Of a DNA stretch of 64,000 nucleotides, positions 27,349 through 42,216 are shown in pieces. The stretch lies in the NCBI RefSeq assembly GCF_009914755.1, contig NC_060925.1. One strand, given 5' to 3'. The stretch is from the human T2T-CHM13v2.0 reference genome, Homo sapiens. The translations under genes were made by a program, and so were the position numbers. Within the stretch, counting starts at the first letter, position 1; every line of letters begins with the position of its first letter. A model generated the notes under the pieces. It saw only the letters and a list, made by a program, of their open reading frames with translations, did not search any database and was not told the origin of the DNA.

Positions 27349-28689
27349 CTAAAATTAAAATTTAATGAATTCTTAAAGACCACTACAGGCCAGAGTATCA
27401 GTTCCTTGGGAATTGACCTTTTGAATCCAAAAATTCTTGGGAGTTGCAGATACCAGTGGAGTCAATGTCCAACTTCCAACTCTTCCACTGGCCTCTACTG
27501 GCTGCCCACAAGAAAGACTGTGGGTAGGGCAAAGACCTGAGAAAGTTTTCCTCTCTGGTATACAGAAGCATGTTTCTTATGAAGCAAAGCTGCTTGGCAC
27601 CACAGAAGTAAAAAGATGCCCTCTTTCACCTAGTTTCAAGCAAATATGCATTGCTGTTGGAAAAGTAATAGAAGTAAACATCGTCTGCTGCAAAAGTTGG
27701 CTTCTGCTAGAGGAACAGTAGAAGAAAAAGTCATCGCCACTGTTGGAAAGACAGAACACAGGCTTATTATACCAGATATAGGGCAGAGCCTTGCTGCCAC
27801 TGGAGCCAGGAGGGTGAGGCATGAGAATATTGAGAAAACCCCATGACTGAGACAGAAACCAGAGCAAGAGAATGGACTCTCAACTCCCACCATGACCATA
27901 AACCCCATAAACCTTGCACAGAGTAACAAACAATAGCAATGGACTGCTGGCGAGGGATGAAAATTAAGAGTCCCTTCATGGTACATGTGTACAAAGCCCG
28001 CCAAAAGCTAAAGGTTCTGATCAAGAGAAAAGTTTTGCATATGTGGAATTAAACATAAGAGAGCTTTAACTTAAATCTGGCCTTATTCCTTATGATAAAT
28101 AGGCAGTAAGACAGAAGATCAAGTAAACATTAAAAAGAGGAAGATTATCATGAGGCAATCTTTAAGAGATATTTAACATAGATTATTTCATTTCTAGAAC
28201 AATATTGTTATAATTCATTTTTCATGTGCCGTGGTATGCAGATTTGCCACCATTGTTATAATGATCCTGAGAAACGTTTTTTAAACGACAAAAATAATGA
28301 GTTCAGTTCAATTTTTAGTGCATAGAGCATACAATACAAATTGTACAACTGAAAGAATAATTTGCTACAGTAAGAAAGATATATAACTAGAAACTTCACA
28401 TTTTTAAGTATTTTATTAAAATAAATAGTGGAATAAATATAAGTATCATTTAGTATATCTAATAGATGCTGTGGTGATAGGGTGTCTCTTTTTCTTCTTC
28501 CGACCCTCCTCCTCAAGCAGCACTCCCTTTTAACCAAAGAAAAAGAATACTAATACATATTACATCAGTTCTGAGCAATCGATTGGCCAAAGGTGAGTTA
28601 ATAAGGAGGTCAAGCCATCTGTATTCTGATCCACCTTTCACAAGAAAGTATGCATCCAGGTTAAGTTCTTTTTGCCTGGATGCAAGCTT

Positions 28690-28900
28690 TTCATGACACT
28701 TGGCAGAGGTGCATGGCACCACTATTTAACTCTCTGATTGTGGCCAAGTTATTAAAACATTTTTGCCTTAGTTTCTTCATCTATATAATGGAGATAATAA
28801 TAAGGTTATTGGAAAGAATAACTGCATCATATAAAGTGGTAAGCACAGTACTTGCCAGATAATAAGCATCCAATATTGAATAATATTATTATTATTACTA
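28690..28900 (+). mobile_element. MIR
   Basis: GCCTTAGTTTCTTCATCTATATAATGGAGATAATAA. Confidence 0.8.
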
Positions 28901-28959
28901 CTAATACTTAGAGTTTAGGTATAAAACTCTTAATTTAGTCCAGTTCATTAAGAGTTCTA

Positions 28960-29293
<334 letters not shown>

Positions 29294-29729
29294 CTAGTTA
29301 GTAATTAAGTGATTTCTTGATTCTTCATTTGTTACTGTTCAAAGTTGTAAACATGTCCCTTGAAACCTACAGAGAGAGGAGAAAAATTATCCCAGCACGA
29401 TTTGGGTATTTCTAGTTTTCTTAGACAAATATCTATCAGCATCCCAAATACTACTAAATCTGCTAAAAAAGCAGTATGTATAGCAGGGCCACAAAGCTTT
29501 AGGACCTGGACTTTACCAAAATTTCTTAGCTATTTCTCCTAGGAAAGTTTCTTACTGTTTCAATATCTTCTCTCCTTTTCTGTAAGATGCATATAAAAGA
29601 GTACCTGCCTTTTAGGTTTCTGACAGCACTTAGAACAATCTGTGGGTTGATAAGCACTCATAAATATAGTCTACTTTTGTTAATATTGTCAGTTTCAGAA
29701 AGAGATTTTGACACGTTAAAAAATAAATA

Positions 29730-29878
29730 TGGGTGTGATGGTGTATGTCCCAGCTACTCAGGAAGCTGAGGCAGGAGGATCGCTTGAGCCCAGGAGTTTG
29801 AGGCTGCAGTGAGGTACGATTGCATCACTGCACCCCAGGCTGAGGGACAGAGCAAGTCTCCATCTCTTAAAAAAAAAA
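29730..29878 (+). mobile_element. FRAM or AluJ right monomer
   Basis: GGAGGATCGCTTGAGCCCAGGAGTTTGAGGCTGCAGTGAG plus A-tail. Confidence 0.85.
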
Positions 29879-31374
29879 GTAAATAAGTATATAGGTAGAC
29901 AAGTAGATATTTTCTTTTGAATCTATTAAAATTAGAAATAAAAGTCCAAGGAGAATGTAGATCCCCCAGAACTCAGAGTTAAAAGTTGCTAGTGATTAAA
30001 GAATCCATATAATCCACACTCTTTTGACAAGTTTAACACTGGCCATAACAGTATTGATATGTCTATTGGGAGTTCTGTGAAGCAGTTTCAGAATTTTGGA
30101 ATAATCGTCAAATGCACCTGCGCCTGGAAACACCAGGAAATGTATGTTTGTGCCCTAGGCTATTTGCAACACAAAATGAAATAAAATACAATACTGGTCT
30201 TGCACACGTCTTCTCACTCAAAATGCACTAGAGGCAGAATCTTTAGAAGGTCGATAGGATGTCATAGACAGAAGGTGCTTTAGAAATACACTCTCAGTTT
30301 TCCTACACACACAAGCATCACTGTTTTAACTTACATAAAGTAGTTATGGTGCATGGCACACTGTATCTATTCAGTAAACATTTGGTGAGTGTATGTATGC
30401 ATGAGTGAATAAAGAAGGAATGATTTTTGTTTAGATACTCATGTTTCAATCTTGCGTTCACATTTCCCCTTGAAGTACAGTAAATTTTTAGTTGCTTCAA
30501 CATGACTTTAGGGTTTCTCCTTTGTTTTGGTGATTTATGACTTAAAACAACAACAAAATAATTACCAGTGGAATATGTGTAATTAAAGTTCTATCTTAAT
30601 GTTCTTGAGATGTGAGAATATTTTTCAATGTTGTGTTTCCACTGTGCTCAAACTTATTGATCACATTAGTCGATGCTTATTTTAGTAGAAATAAACTAAA
30701 GGCAAATGTACACATATTCTTGCCCACCAGGATTTCTTGGTCCTAAGTATCATTTTCTCCATGCGTGTCATAATTAGGTTAATGAAATTTTTAACTAGTA
30801 CTGTAAGCAATGCTTGAAGAGAGTACTTGTTAGGACTTTGATATTCTACTAAATGCCTTATGGCTTCACAGGACAGTAATCCTTCAAATTTATGTACAAC
30901 ATAGCTCATTCATTCCAAAAAAAGATCTTGCAGTTCATACTCCAATCGTTGTATGGAGTTGGTTGTATGGAGTTGACCTCTAATTAACTCAGAAAACAAG
31001 GCAGACTGTTTCTGTCCTTATCTTGAGATTCTTTCCTACCCTCACCCTGTTTCCTAACCAACTTGGACATTTTAATTCTTGTCCACAGCTCATGTATGTC
31101 TCCTATACCTCTCCTCTAATAGTCCTCTCCCCAAATTTTTCTGGGTAGTAGTAAGAGAAACAAATTTTAGCTTGAAAAGTCTTTTAAAAGAGTCTAATAA
31201 AATCTATGAAACAAAATTTATCCAGGTTTCAGAAACAAATGGGACCACAAACTGGAAGTGATGAAATTCTTATTCTCTTTTACTGTATTCTAAAGACCTC
31301 TTATAATGCTACTCTTCCTGTTTTCAAAATATGTGCTTAATTGCTTTATGTCTGTCTGTCTTTCTCTCTCTATC

Positions 31375-31400
<26 letters not shown>
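31375..31400. repeat. (TG)n microsatellite
   Basis: Read directly. Confidence 0.95.
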
Positions 31401-31405
<5 letters not shown>

Positions 31406-31671
31406 TGTGTGTCATTTTTAGTTTATATTATATACTTATGAATATAAGGGCCTCCCTTATTTGAGGATTGCAAAACATTTTTCAGAACATTATGTATGTG
31501 TGTCCATGTAGCAGGTGGGAGGGTTGATCTTGAGTCATATTTATGTGAGAAAAATAAAATATAAAACTGATCTTTGAAGAATTGTCATAGTCAACTTCTC
31601 ACACACAGATGTTTTAGTAAATAGCCAAAGTTATGTTTTAAAAATATTTGAATCTTTACTCTTATTTTTAG

Positions 31672-32571
31672 AGCATTAGTCAAGACTCTTCAGAACTAAC
31701 AGGTGAGAGAGAGAAAGAGAGATTTATAATAAAGAATTGATTTATTGAATTATGGATGCTAAGAATTCCCCCAATCTTCTGTATGCAAGTTGGAGACACA
31801 AGAAAGCCATTGGTATATTTCCAATTTGAATCTGAAGGCCTGAAATCCAGGTGTGCTGATGGTATAAGTCCCAGTCTGAAGGCAAGAAAAAACCAATGTC
31901 TCAGATCAATCAGTCAGGCAGAGAAAAAAAATTATTTCTTATGCCTTTTGGTTCCCCTCAAGGGATTGGATGATGCCCATCTATGCTGGGGAGATGTATA
32001 GGTCCATTTGTGTTGGTACAAAGGATAATTTATAGCTGGGTAATTTATAAAGAAAAGAGGTTCATGTGGCTCATGGTTCTACTGGCTATACAAGAAGCAT
32101 GATGTCAGCATCTGCTTCTGATGAGGGCTTCTGTTGCTTCTACTATGGCAAAGGCAAAGAGGAGCTGGCGAGATCACATGATGAGAGAGGGAGGAAGAAT
32201 AGAGAGGGAAAGGAGATGCCAGGTTCTTTTCAGTCTGATCTTTAATCAGATCTCCTGGACTCTAATAAAGTGAAACCCTACTCATTACTGCCAGGGCAGC
32301 TCCAAGCCGTCCATGAGGGATCTGCCTCCATGACCCAAAAACTTCCCACCAGGCCCTACCTCAAACATTGGGGATCAAATTCCAGCATGAGATTTGGAGG
32401 GGACAAATATCCAAACTAGATCAAGAGGGCAATCCACTTTCCTTAGTCTACAGATTCGAATGCTAATCTCCCTCAGAAACACTCTTACAGACACACTCAG
32501 AAATAATATTTACCCAAATATCTGAGCAATTCATGACCCAGACAAGTTGACACATAAAATTAACTGTGACA
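31672..32571 (-). mobile_element. MLT2B-like ERVL solo LTR, split by an MSTB
   Basis: TGCAAGTTGGAGAC..GAAGGCCTGA..CAGTCAGGCAGAG; resumes at 32424 and ends CAAGTTGACACATAAAATTAACTGTGACA. Confidence 0.85.
31995..32423 (-). mobile_element. MSTB-like MaLR solo LTR
   Basis: TGTATAGGTCCATTTG..CTGGGTAATTTATAAAGAAAAGAGG..GAGATTTGGAGGGGACAAATATCCAAACTAGATCA; degenerate 5-bp TSD. Confidence 0.9.
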
Positions 32572-34337
32572 ACACTCCTTCTCTGCAAAGTATCTTTCTT
32601 TCCTATTGCAGACAAGTTCATGTGGAAAAAGACATGGTCACCACAATCTCCAAGGGTAAATGTAGCCATTGCAACTATGTGAAAAGACTGTCTTGAATTC
32701 CTTAGTCTCTCACCTAAATATTTCAGGAAGGAACTAGTTGACCCACCTTAGGTAAAATACCCCAAATTCATACAATCAGTTTTCAGGTGTGAGGTCACTT
32801 TTAAACAAATGCAACTGTTTCCATAGTAACTTCTGAAGATGGAGATCTCCTCAAAATCAATTATAGCTAGCATAAAAGGAGAAGTTGGGCATAAAACCTA
32901 AAATAGGTCCACGATATGATTCAGGAATATCTCTTATTTCCCAGGCTACATTTTCTTTATGTCTCAATGGTAGCCATAATTTAATATTGCTCTGATTTCC
33001 TCCTAGGCTATCTGTAGAAATGGACCCTTGCCCCCTTTTTAAACCAATCCCTTCTAAATTTCTAAGTATAGCTGAATTCATTCAAATAATTCTCATTGTA
33101 TGGAGTCATTCACTATTTTCTTCTCCTTTATTCTAACTAATCATGGTGTTGTCTTCTATTGCTTTCACTGCTGAGATCTGTTTTGCTAATTTCATCTGGA
33201 GGTACATCATCTACTTAGGACCTTCAGCAACCGATCTATTGTTTGTAACGAAGCTTCCAATATCAGAGGCTCTTTTTTTTTATTTTTTAACACAAACTGT
33301 CCTCAGGGCAAGGGTGTCTGGTCTGCATATGGATTTGCCACTCCATTTGCTATCTTCATGCCCAACACTTGCCCATGCCTCTTCCTATCCTATTCTGATC
33401 CATGGGTAGACATGATGCAAGATTCATTTTGCTTAACCTTGGATCAGATTAATAAATCATTGTTTAATGATCTAAACCTTCAAATATAAAATTATCCCAT
33501 AAACTTAATGCATTTACTCAGAGTTAATGCCTTTTTATGCCTATTTTAATTATTTTAGCTGAATCTATTTCCAGATCCATTAAGGTTATGTAACAATTTG
33601 TAACATTACACACACATGACTTAGTGGCATATGAAATCTCCTTCAATAACATAAGATCACAAAATATATTTATAAAATAGGACTACACAAATGAAAGCAA
33701 ACCCCAAAAAATCAGTAAATAAACCTTACAGCAATGAAACTAAGAATTTGAAAATGTCAACAACTTCAAATTAATTATGTACCTAGTAACATGTTACACA
33801 ACAAAATAAAGCAATGTTATTTTAGAATTTAAACAAGTAGTTTTAAAACTATAACTCAGAATCACCTACAGAGGATTGTTAAAATTCATATGCTTAAAAC
33901 TGATGAGTGGAGATTCCAATGCAGGAGGACATTAGAGAGTCCTGAGGAATACAACCATCAGATTTTGAGATATACATCTGTGAGGGACACTGCTTATCTC
34001 GATTTGTCCAGTTCTTTTCTTAGCATCCTTACTGCAACATTGTTAAATAAACCTTATTCCTTGTATGTAACTACACAAGACCCTAATTCCCACCACTAAA
34101 TTTTATGGCTACAAAAAAAGTATTTCTCTTTTTAATGACTAAACTCCAACATCAAATAAAGGCCATGTATGTGTTCCTTTCTCTAACTGCCTTATTGGAG
34201 GTAGTTCCTTCCCTCTTAGAGTCCTGGAAATGGATCTCACTTTGAATTGTTTCATGACACTTCCTGAGTTGGATAGTTAAACATTCCCCAGCAGAAGATA
34301 CCTAGAGGTATGTACTATTAACAAATAGGTGGAAAAT

Positions 34338-34500
34338 GCATTTCAACCTTTAATGTGAATGCATTATCACTCAGGTATCTTGTTAAAATGCAGATTATGA
34401 TTCAGTAGATCTAGGGTAGGCCTTGAAATTCTGCATACTCACCAAGCTTCTAGAAGATGCTGATGCTCCCATTCCTTGTTTGCACTTTGAGTGCCAAGAT
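34338..34500. mobile_element. MER5A1-like DNA transposon
   Basis: TCTTGTTAAAATGCAGATTATGATTCAGTAGATCTAGGG..CACTTTGAGT. Confidence 0.8.
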
Positions 34501-34757
34501 AGAATCTATACACACATAAATGCTTTAATGTTTGTGATATGAGATTATTTCTGTCACTGGTACTAGGGTAGTCACACGGACTACGTGAATGTAATAAATT
34601 CTTGTGGGGAAGAAATTTTTCTTTAAGTATAATATCCTGGTAATGTTTTAAAATTTAAAAATACATGCATTTGTTTAATTCATCTGTCTACCCATGTTGA
34701 CTTTATTTTAACTAATTTGGAAAAAAATCTGAAGAAGTAATGTATTTTAAAGAGCAC

Positions 34758-34965
34758 TGTATTTGTTTTCTGCATGCATAGCACATTACCAAAAACTGAA
34801 CTGCTTAAAACAACACAAATTTGTCATCTCACAGTTTCCCTCGGTCAGAAATTCTGGGCGGGAATTAGCTGAAGGTCTCACAGGTGAAATCACTCTGTCA
34901 GTTAGACTGCATTTTCTTCTGGAGCTTGGGGTCTTCTTTCAAGCTCACCTGAGAGTTTGCAGAGT

Positions 34966-35015
<50 letters not shown>

Positions 35016-35130
35016 ATACATGCTCTGCTGTAAAACTAAGGCCCTCTTTCTCTTGCCAGCTATTGGAAGTGGAAGGGGACTTTCGGCTCCTGGAGGCATC
35101 TCACAGTTCCTTTGCTTTATGAGTTCACCT
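34758..35130 (-). mobile_element. MLT1E-like LTR fragment containing (GT)n
   Basis: GCTTAAAACAACACAAATTT..TCTCACAGTTTC. Confidence 0.75.
34968..35014. repeat. (GT)23 perfect microsatellite
   Basis: Read directly. Confidence 0.97.
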
Positions 35131-35439
35131 TTTCTTCTTATCACAGTTCTTATTCAGACATGATTCTACTACATTATTTCTTCCATAACCTTTCAAAAAA
35201 TTTAGTCAACTTTCTACAAGATAGATTGAAGACATTTGCCAATTTATTTTAACCCAACGTATTTCATATTAAGTTGTGTTTTTTAAATGTGATCTTTTGA
35301 CTGGGTTTTTAATGCATTTGAGATTGCTAGAGATATCTATCACAGCTTTCCCTCTGCTTTTTAGCTATGTATTATCCTTGCTAGACAATGTCTTCTAAAC
35401 TTTTATAATAAAAGAATCCAATGTAAAGACTAATAATTT

Positions 35440-35590
35440 ATGTAATACTTATCTAATAATTTAAGGCTAAGAAGACCAGACTCAAAGAGATGAAGTGACT
35501 TTTTGACATCATCTAGCTAGTAAATGATGAAGAGACCAAAAATGTAAGTCATAATTTCTGCTTTCCACGTCCAGTATTCCAAGTTCAGCA
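35440..35590 (-). mobile_element. MIR fragment
   Basis: ACTCAAAGAGATGAAGTGACTT..AGCTAGTAAATG. Confidence 0.6.
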
Positions 35591-36759
35591 TAACTTATCA
35601 ACCCATAGCACTACACTGGAAGGATTGTACTATTGGATTTAATGCCTAAAATAGTAAATGGAACTTTTATGATTGTTCCAAATGTAAGGAAGCTTAAGCA
35701 CTAAGAGAGTGTGTCCCAGTGAAAAGAGAAGTATGCATGCATAGGGATAGCCTACAACATGTGTTATGAAATGGTAACGTTATAGCTGGCACACAGATCA
35801 ATAGTTTAAAAGCTTTGGCAAGCCACGTGGTTAGGAGAAGCATTAAAAGGTAAAATAACAAGGTGATTATTATACTCACTGGGAAAAAGTACTGTTGTAA
35901 TATATTCTATCCTAAAAGAGTTTCAAGAAACTACAATACTTATTCACCCTGGAGAAGATGATGGAGTGGTATTACATACACTGAATGAAAGAACACTTTT
36001 TAAAAAAGAAAATGAATGAAAAATACATGCGAGCATTTATAATCATTAAATATGCAATTATATTAGTACCTTATAATTTTAGTTGTATTCCATATTTTCG
36101 TTTACTTTAAAATAAGATCATTGTATATTACTAAAGTTATTTATAAGCCAAAAAAAGTACCATACAAATTCATAAAAAATAAAATATATGAATTATTTAT
36201 TGCACAAATAGTTATCTGAAACATGGAACATACAGTTAAATCTAATAATATAGGTCTATACCATTTTATGCCTGTTATGAAAATTTTTACATTTTTCTCT
36301 CATCACTGACATTTAGCTTGGATTTTTACTTTATGAATTTCCTTTAAACATTATTTTTTAAAATATGAAACAGATTCGAACAAAGTGTATAAGTTTTTGG
36401 TTGAGTACAGGCCATAAGGAAATAAAATATTTATTAAAAATTTGATATTATAGTGATGACTGCTAAGAATGAAATTAAACCACAATAACTTAACCAGAAG
36501 GTATTTTAGATCTCTGTATTTGTAAATAAAATTGTTGAAGCTTAAGCCAAATTAAAATATCGATCTGCACTACCAATGTAGGGATAATTTCAATAAAAAT
36601 GAATAATAAAAATACGAGAATAGATTAGAAATACTAAGGTTTCTACTCGTTTAGAAGAAAAAACAATGAAAGAAAAACTAAAGGGTTTGGCGTTCAGATA
36701 CAGGTAAATGAGCAGCCAGATTTTGTATCTGTTCAGTACTATCTAGAGAACAAACGTGT

Positions 36760-37050
36760 TATTCCCACTGCACTCCCTTGGATACTCCCTCACTTCATTC
36801 AGAACCTTGCTCAAACGCCACCTCACCTGAGAGAACTTCCTCCTCCACCTCACCTGCAACCAGTAAGCCACCTGCTCTAGTCCTCATCTGGTGTACGATT
36901 TTAATGGCACTTCATGACACTCATATCTCTTTTTCTCTGTCTCTTCCCCTCAGGGTAGAAGCTCAACAAACCCAACTTCATCATTTGTGTTTCTTCCTGT
37001 AGTTGCTGCACTTACTGGGCACTCAGCAGTACTTGCTGAGTGATTCAATG
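36760..37050 (+). mobile_element. L2 3' fragment
   Basis: CTCACTTCATTCAG..TGCTCAAACGCCACCTC..GGCACTCAG..TTGCTGAGTGA. Confidence 0.7.
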
Positions 37051-38412
37051 GGAACACAGCTGGTTAAATATTGGTTAAAAGTGAGGAAATCTGCAATGCA
37101 GCATAGCAAAACCATTGTTAGTGACTGTTCATTGACATCTAATTTGTTTTCCTTACAAATGCTGGCTATGAACTGTCGTGTAAATCATGTACTTTTTCTT
37201 TAAACAATCACATTTCCATTTTTGTTTTATTATAATAACTAAGAATGATGATTTAGAAACATAAATTTTGGTCTGACCATGTTAAGTATTAAATTAATGG
37301 TCTTAAATTTCTTTTGATCAGTTTTATTAAACAAATATATTTACCTAATTAATAGATGAATAATCAAGTAATGATTGGTGTTTATTTAATACTTTGGCAT
37401 TAAATATATTATTTTAATTGTTAAAAGGTTTATATCGAAATTTTTATAAGAAAAAATAACTTTAGGACTCTGAAACTCTGAGCTCCTCATCAAGTTTTTT
37501 CAACTTATAATTATTTTATGGTATCATTTCTAATAATATATATTTTCTTAAGGAATAATATTTCTGTGGAGCCAAATATATTTTTAGACAAAATTCATTA
37601 TTATAGAAATATAACCAGTTGCTTAATAAACTGGAATTTCTCATGTGAATTTATAAAATAAATACTATTCTTCTGTACCTTTGCTCCCAAAAGTCATTCT
37701 TCCATGAACTTGGACAAAATAGTAGATAACATAGTTTTCTCAGTTAAAATATGTATTAACAAATGTATTTTTTATGTATTGTAAATTCTTAGTAATCTAA
37801 ATATAATTTTATTCTCTCATTTTTACCTACATTTAATACTTTTATCTCCTATAGTTAGTTCTAATTTAAGGCCTTGAAGCCTAGAAAGGGAACAGTGATG
37901 AATTCACCCCTCCTTTTACTTGCTTTGTTCCTTTTTATTACTGCTTTTTCTAGATTCTCCTTTTTAGAGCAAAGGCGGCAGAAGGAATTCAAGAAAAGAA
38001 CAAAGTGACTGATGGGGTTATGATCTGCCCTCAGTGCAACTACTCAAATGTTGATTTTAACTTTCATGGGGTGGTTTTGTTCACTCTTAGCAACCCTTAT
38101 AAACTCCTAGATTGGGTTTAGCTGATGTCTCTAACATAATGATGCCTTCTCTAGCTGAGCATTTATTACAACTTCCTGTCTTTGACTTCAAGTAGTTCAG
38201 CCCCTTGTGGAATTATGCTTCCTCTCCAGGTGGACCTTTGGAAATAATTATTTTCATAGTTACCAAATTCAGGCTCCCTTCCTCACATCTACTTGATCCA
38301 TGGCAATATTCAGTAGTCAAGCATTCTTGCCCAATCTGTGGAAGTTAGATCTTACCAGGAATAGCTCTTTCCTTGAGGCTCCAATTGCCCTGTTACTTTT
38401 TTTTAATGGAGA

Positions 38413-38779
38413 TGCATTATTCAGGATTCTCCAGAGAAACAGGAACCAATAAGATATACACATGTGAGCGGGTGTGTATATATCATATGTAATATAGATA
38501 ATATGTAATTTCTTCTTCAGGAAACCTGTCTTCACTCTAAAGACCTATAACCATTCAATAACGGCCTCTTCTCACATTATGAAGGGTAATCTTTACATAA
38601 AGTCGATTGATTTCATATACATATACATATATATATATACATATACATATACATATATATATATACATATACGTATACATATACATATACAAAATCCCTT
38701 CTCAGAAATGCTTAGATTATTATTTGGTTAAATACGTGGGTATTATAGCCTAGCCAAATTGACATGTAAAACTATCACA
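38413..38779 (-). mobile_element. MLT2C/D-like LTR with an internal (CATATA)n expansion at 38615-38690
   Basis: CAGGATTCTCCAGAGAAACAG..GCCTAGCCAAATTGACA..ACTATCACA. Confidence 0.8.
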
Positions 38780-40152
38780 GAAGGCATCAGGCACTCATCT
38801 CTGTGCTTTCCCCAAATTGCTGAGGTTACACATCGCATTCTTGAATTCCTCTTGAAGTTCCTGCTCAGTTGGTTTGAGGTGCTAAGATCCCCTTCCCAAC
38901 CAACAAAGAAAGAAAAGAAAAGAATGTGCATCACACCCGTAACTCTCCCAAGTAAGTCTCATTGTCAGCCTGTCTTGTAAATTTTTAGCATTTCTCATGT
39001 AACCTAGAGGTGATTTGTAGGCCAATGGAAAAAGAAGCATTTATGAATGCCTCAAAATACAAATCACATAGAGATGACCCAGCAACTTGTTTTTGGATAT
39101 GACTGGATTAAATATACATCTTTTTTGGCTTTAAGTAATCAACTAAGGTTATGAGATAAAGAGTTTTATTACATCATCCTATTGCAGAATGATGTCCAAG
39201 GAACTTAAAACAGAGAAGAGAATGATTGCTTAAGTTTAGAGTCAGAAAAGCTATGCAAAAGAAGATACATCAAAATTATTTTATAAAGAATGAGTAGGAA
39301 TTATTTAGGCAGAGAAGAAAATTAAGGCATTATACACACAGGAAACAGGATATTTTGGAGTACAGGGGATATTTAAACTCATTCTATGAGGCTAGCTTAC
39401 ACAAATAACAAAACTTAACAAAGATAGTATACAAAATAACATTACACACCAGTATTCCTTATGAACATAGAAGGAAAATTCCCTAACAAAATAATAGCAA
39501 ATTAGACTCAATGATATATTAAAAATATAACATATCATGTCAAAATGAGATTTATTCCTGAAATTAAAGGTTGAATTATGATTTAAAAATTAATCAATGT
39601 ACTTTCCACTTTAAGAAAACAGAAGATAAAAACAGTATGATTATATCAACAGCTACTGAAAAATATTTAGTAAATTTCAGAATCTATTCATAATAATTTT
39701 AAAAGATCAGCAAATGAGGAACAGAAGGAAACTTCTTTCATATGCTAAGGGCATTTATAAAAGCCTACAGCAATCATAATGATTAAAGAAAGGATAACTC
39801 TTATGTGTAAATAAAACAAGAATATCTACTCCTATCATTTATATTAAAGATTTCATTGGAGGTCTAAGCCTATACAATAAAGCAAGAAAGATAAAGGAAA
39901 GACCAAAAACTAAAGATCAGACAGAAATAAGAAAACTCTCTCTATTCAGACTAATGACAAGATTCTTTATGAAGAAAACCCTGAGAAATCTAAAAATTCT
40001 ATAAGTAATCAGTGTGTTTAGCAAGGACACAGCTGTCAGTTCAGTGTGTATATATACATATATATACATATATATGTATATATATACACACACACACATA
40101 TATATACACATATATAATATCACTTGCATTATATATTCTGTTAGAAAACACA

Positions 40153-40535
<383 letters not shown>

Positions 40536-41537
40536 TCAAAAATGAAATGTTTAGGAATAAGTTTATAAATGATCTGTAAAACATATATTCTAGAAATCGC
40601 AAATCACTGCTGAGAAAAATTAAGGGACACCTAAATAAATGAAGACATATGGCATAGCATGTGTATAAATTGGGAGAACCAATATTTTTAAGATACCAAT
40701 TTTTTGAGAATTATTTATAGCTTTTTGAAATCTTAATAAAAATCTCAACAAACATATTGGAAAATGGAGAAACAATTTCTGAAATTTATTCAAAACTGCA
40801 AATGACTTAGAATGTACAAAGTAACCATGAAGAGGTAGCATATAGTAGAAGAATTTACACAACCTGATTTCAAGATTTACTATAAAGCTACAAAAATAAA
40901 GATAGTGTGGTAATGGAAAAAATACCAGATACGTAGATCAACTTTACCAACAAAATTTCAAAATGACCAATGTATATTTTCACTTGGTGTTTGACAAAGT
41001 TGTCAAAGTAGCTTAGTGGAGAAAGGTATTCATATAGGAGAGAACTTAGACTTTTACCTCACCATTCACAAAAAATAATTTTAAAACTATCATACAGCTA
41101 AACATATAAGCAACAGATTTAGTGGAAACGTAAGATAATATGTTTGCAACATGAGGGTAAACATGGTTTTTCTTAATAGGGCACATAAAGCAATAGTCAC
41201 AAAAGGAAAACATTAATAACATAATCTTCATCAAAAAAGACAGCATTCGACAAACTTATAAAGCAAAATAGGCTCGTGGAAAATAATCATAACACTTATA
41301 TCTGACAATGCATATATCAAAATAGGTAAATAATTCCTATAAGTCAATCATAAAATGACAAAACATCTCAATTAATAATAAGACAAATGACTAAGAGACA
41401 CTTCACAAAAGAAGATTCACAAATAATCAATAAGCATGGGGAAAAAATGCTCAACATCAGTAGTCATCAAGGAAATGCAAATTAAAACCAAAATGAGGTA
41501 TCAACATCACACAAGCCAGAATGACTAAAATTTAAAA

Positions 41538-41882
41538 CATGTGTGTAATTTTTATAATCAGAAAAAAAGAAAGCTGACTTGTAACTGGTAGGCTTATTAA
41601 GAACTAGCTATATTACAACACCAAAATGAATAGAATTGAAATGTAAATTAAATTGCAGAATTTAAATGTTGTAGACTCTATGCTTATAATCATATATGTG
41701 TGTGTATATATATGTGTGTATGTACATATATGTATGTACATATACACACACACATATATACATGTATATATACCTATACATACACATATATATATAAAGC
41801 TGTGTAAAAACCCAGTTTCTTTGTATCATAATTGACACATAGTGCATATTCAATAAATTCCTGTTGAATGAAAAAAAAAAAA
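41538..41882 (+). other. Retroposed non-L1 fragment (orphan transduction or 3'-end retrocopy)
   Basis: AATAAA at 41852, poly(A) at 41871-41882, TSD AAAATTTAAAA at 41527-41537 and 41879-41889; interrupts collinear L1 sequence. Confidence 0.65.
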
Positions 41883-41893
41883 TTTAAAAGACG

Positions 41894-42216
<323 letters not shown>

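Noticed and set aside
34763-35163. ORFs with VC or HT dipeptide runs (also the YI/TH-rich ORFs at 40.0 and 41.7 kb)
   Set aside because: Translations of dinucleotide microsatellites.
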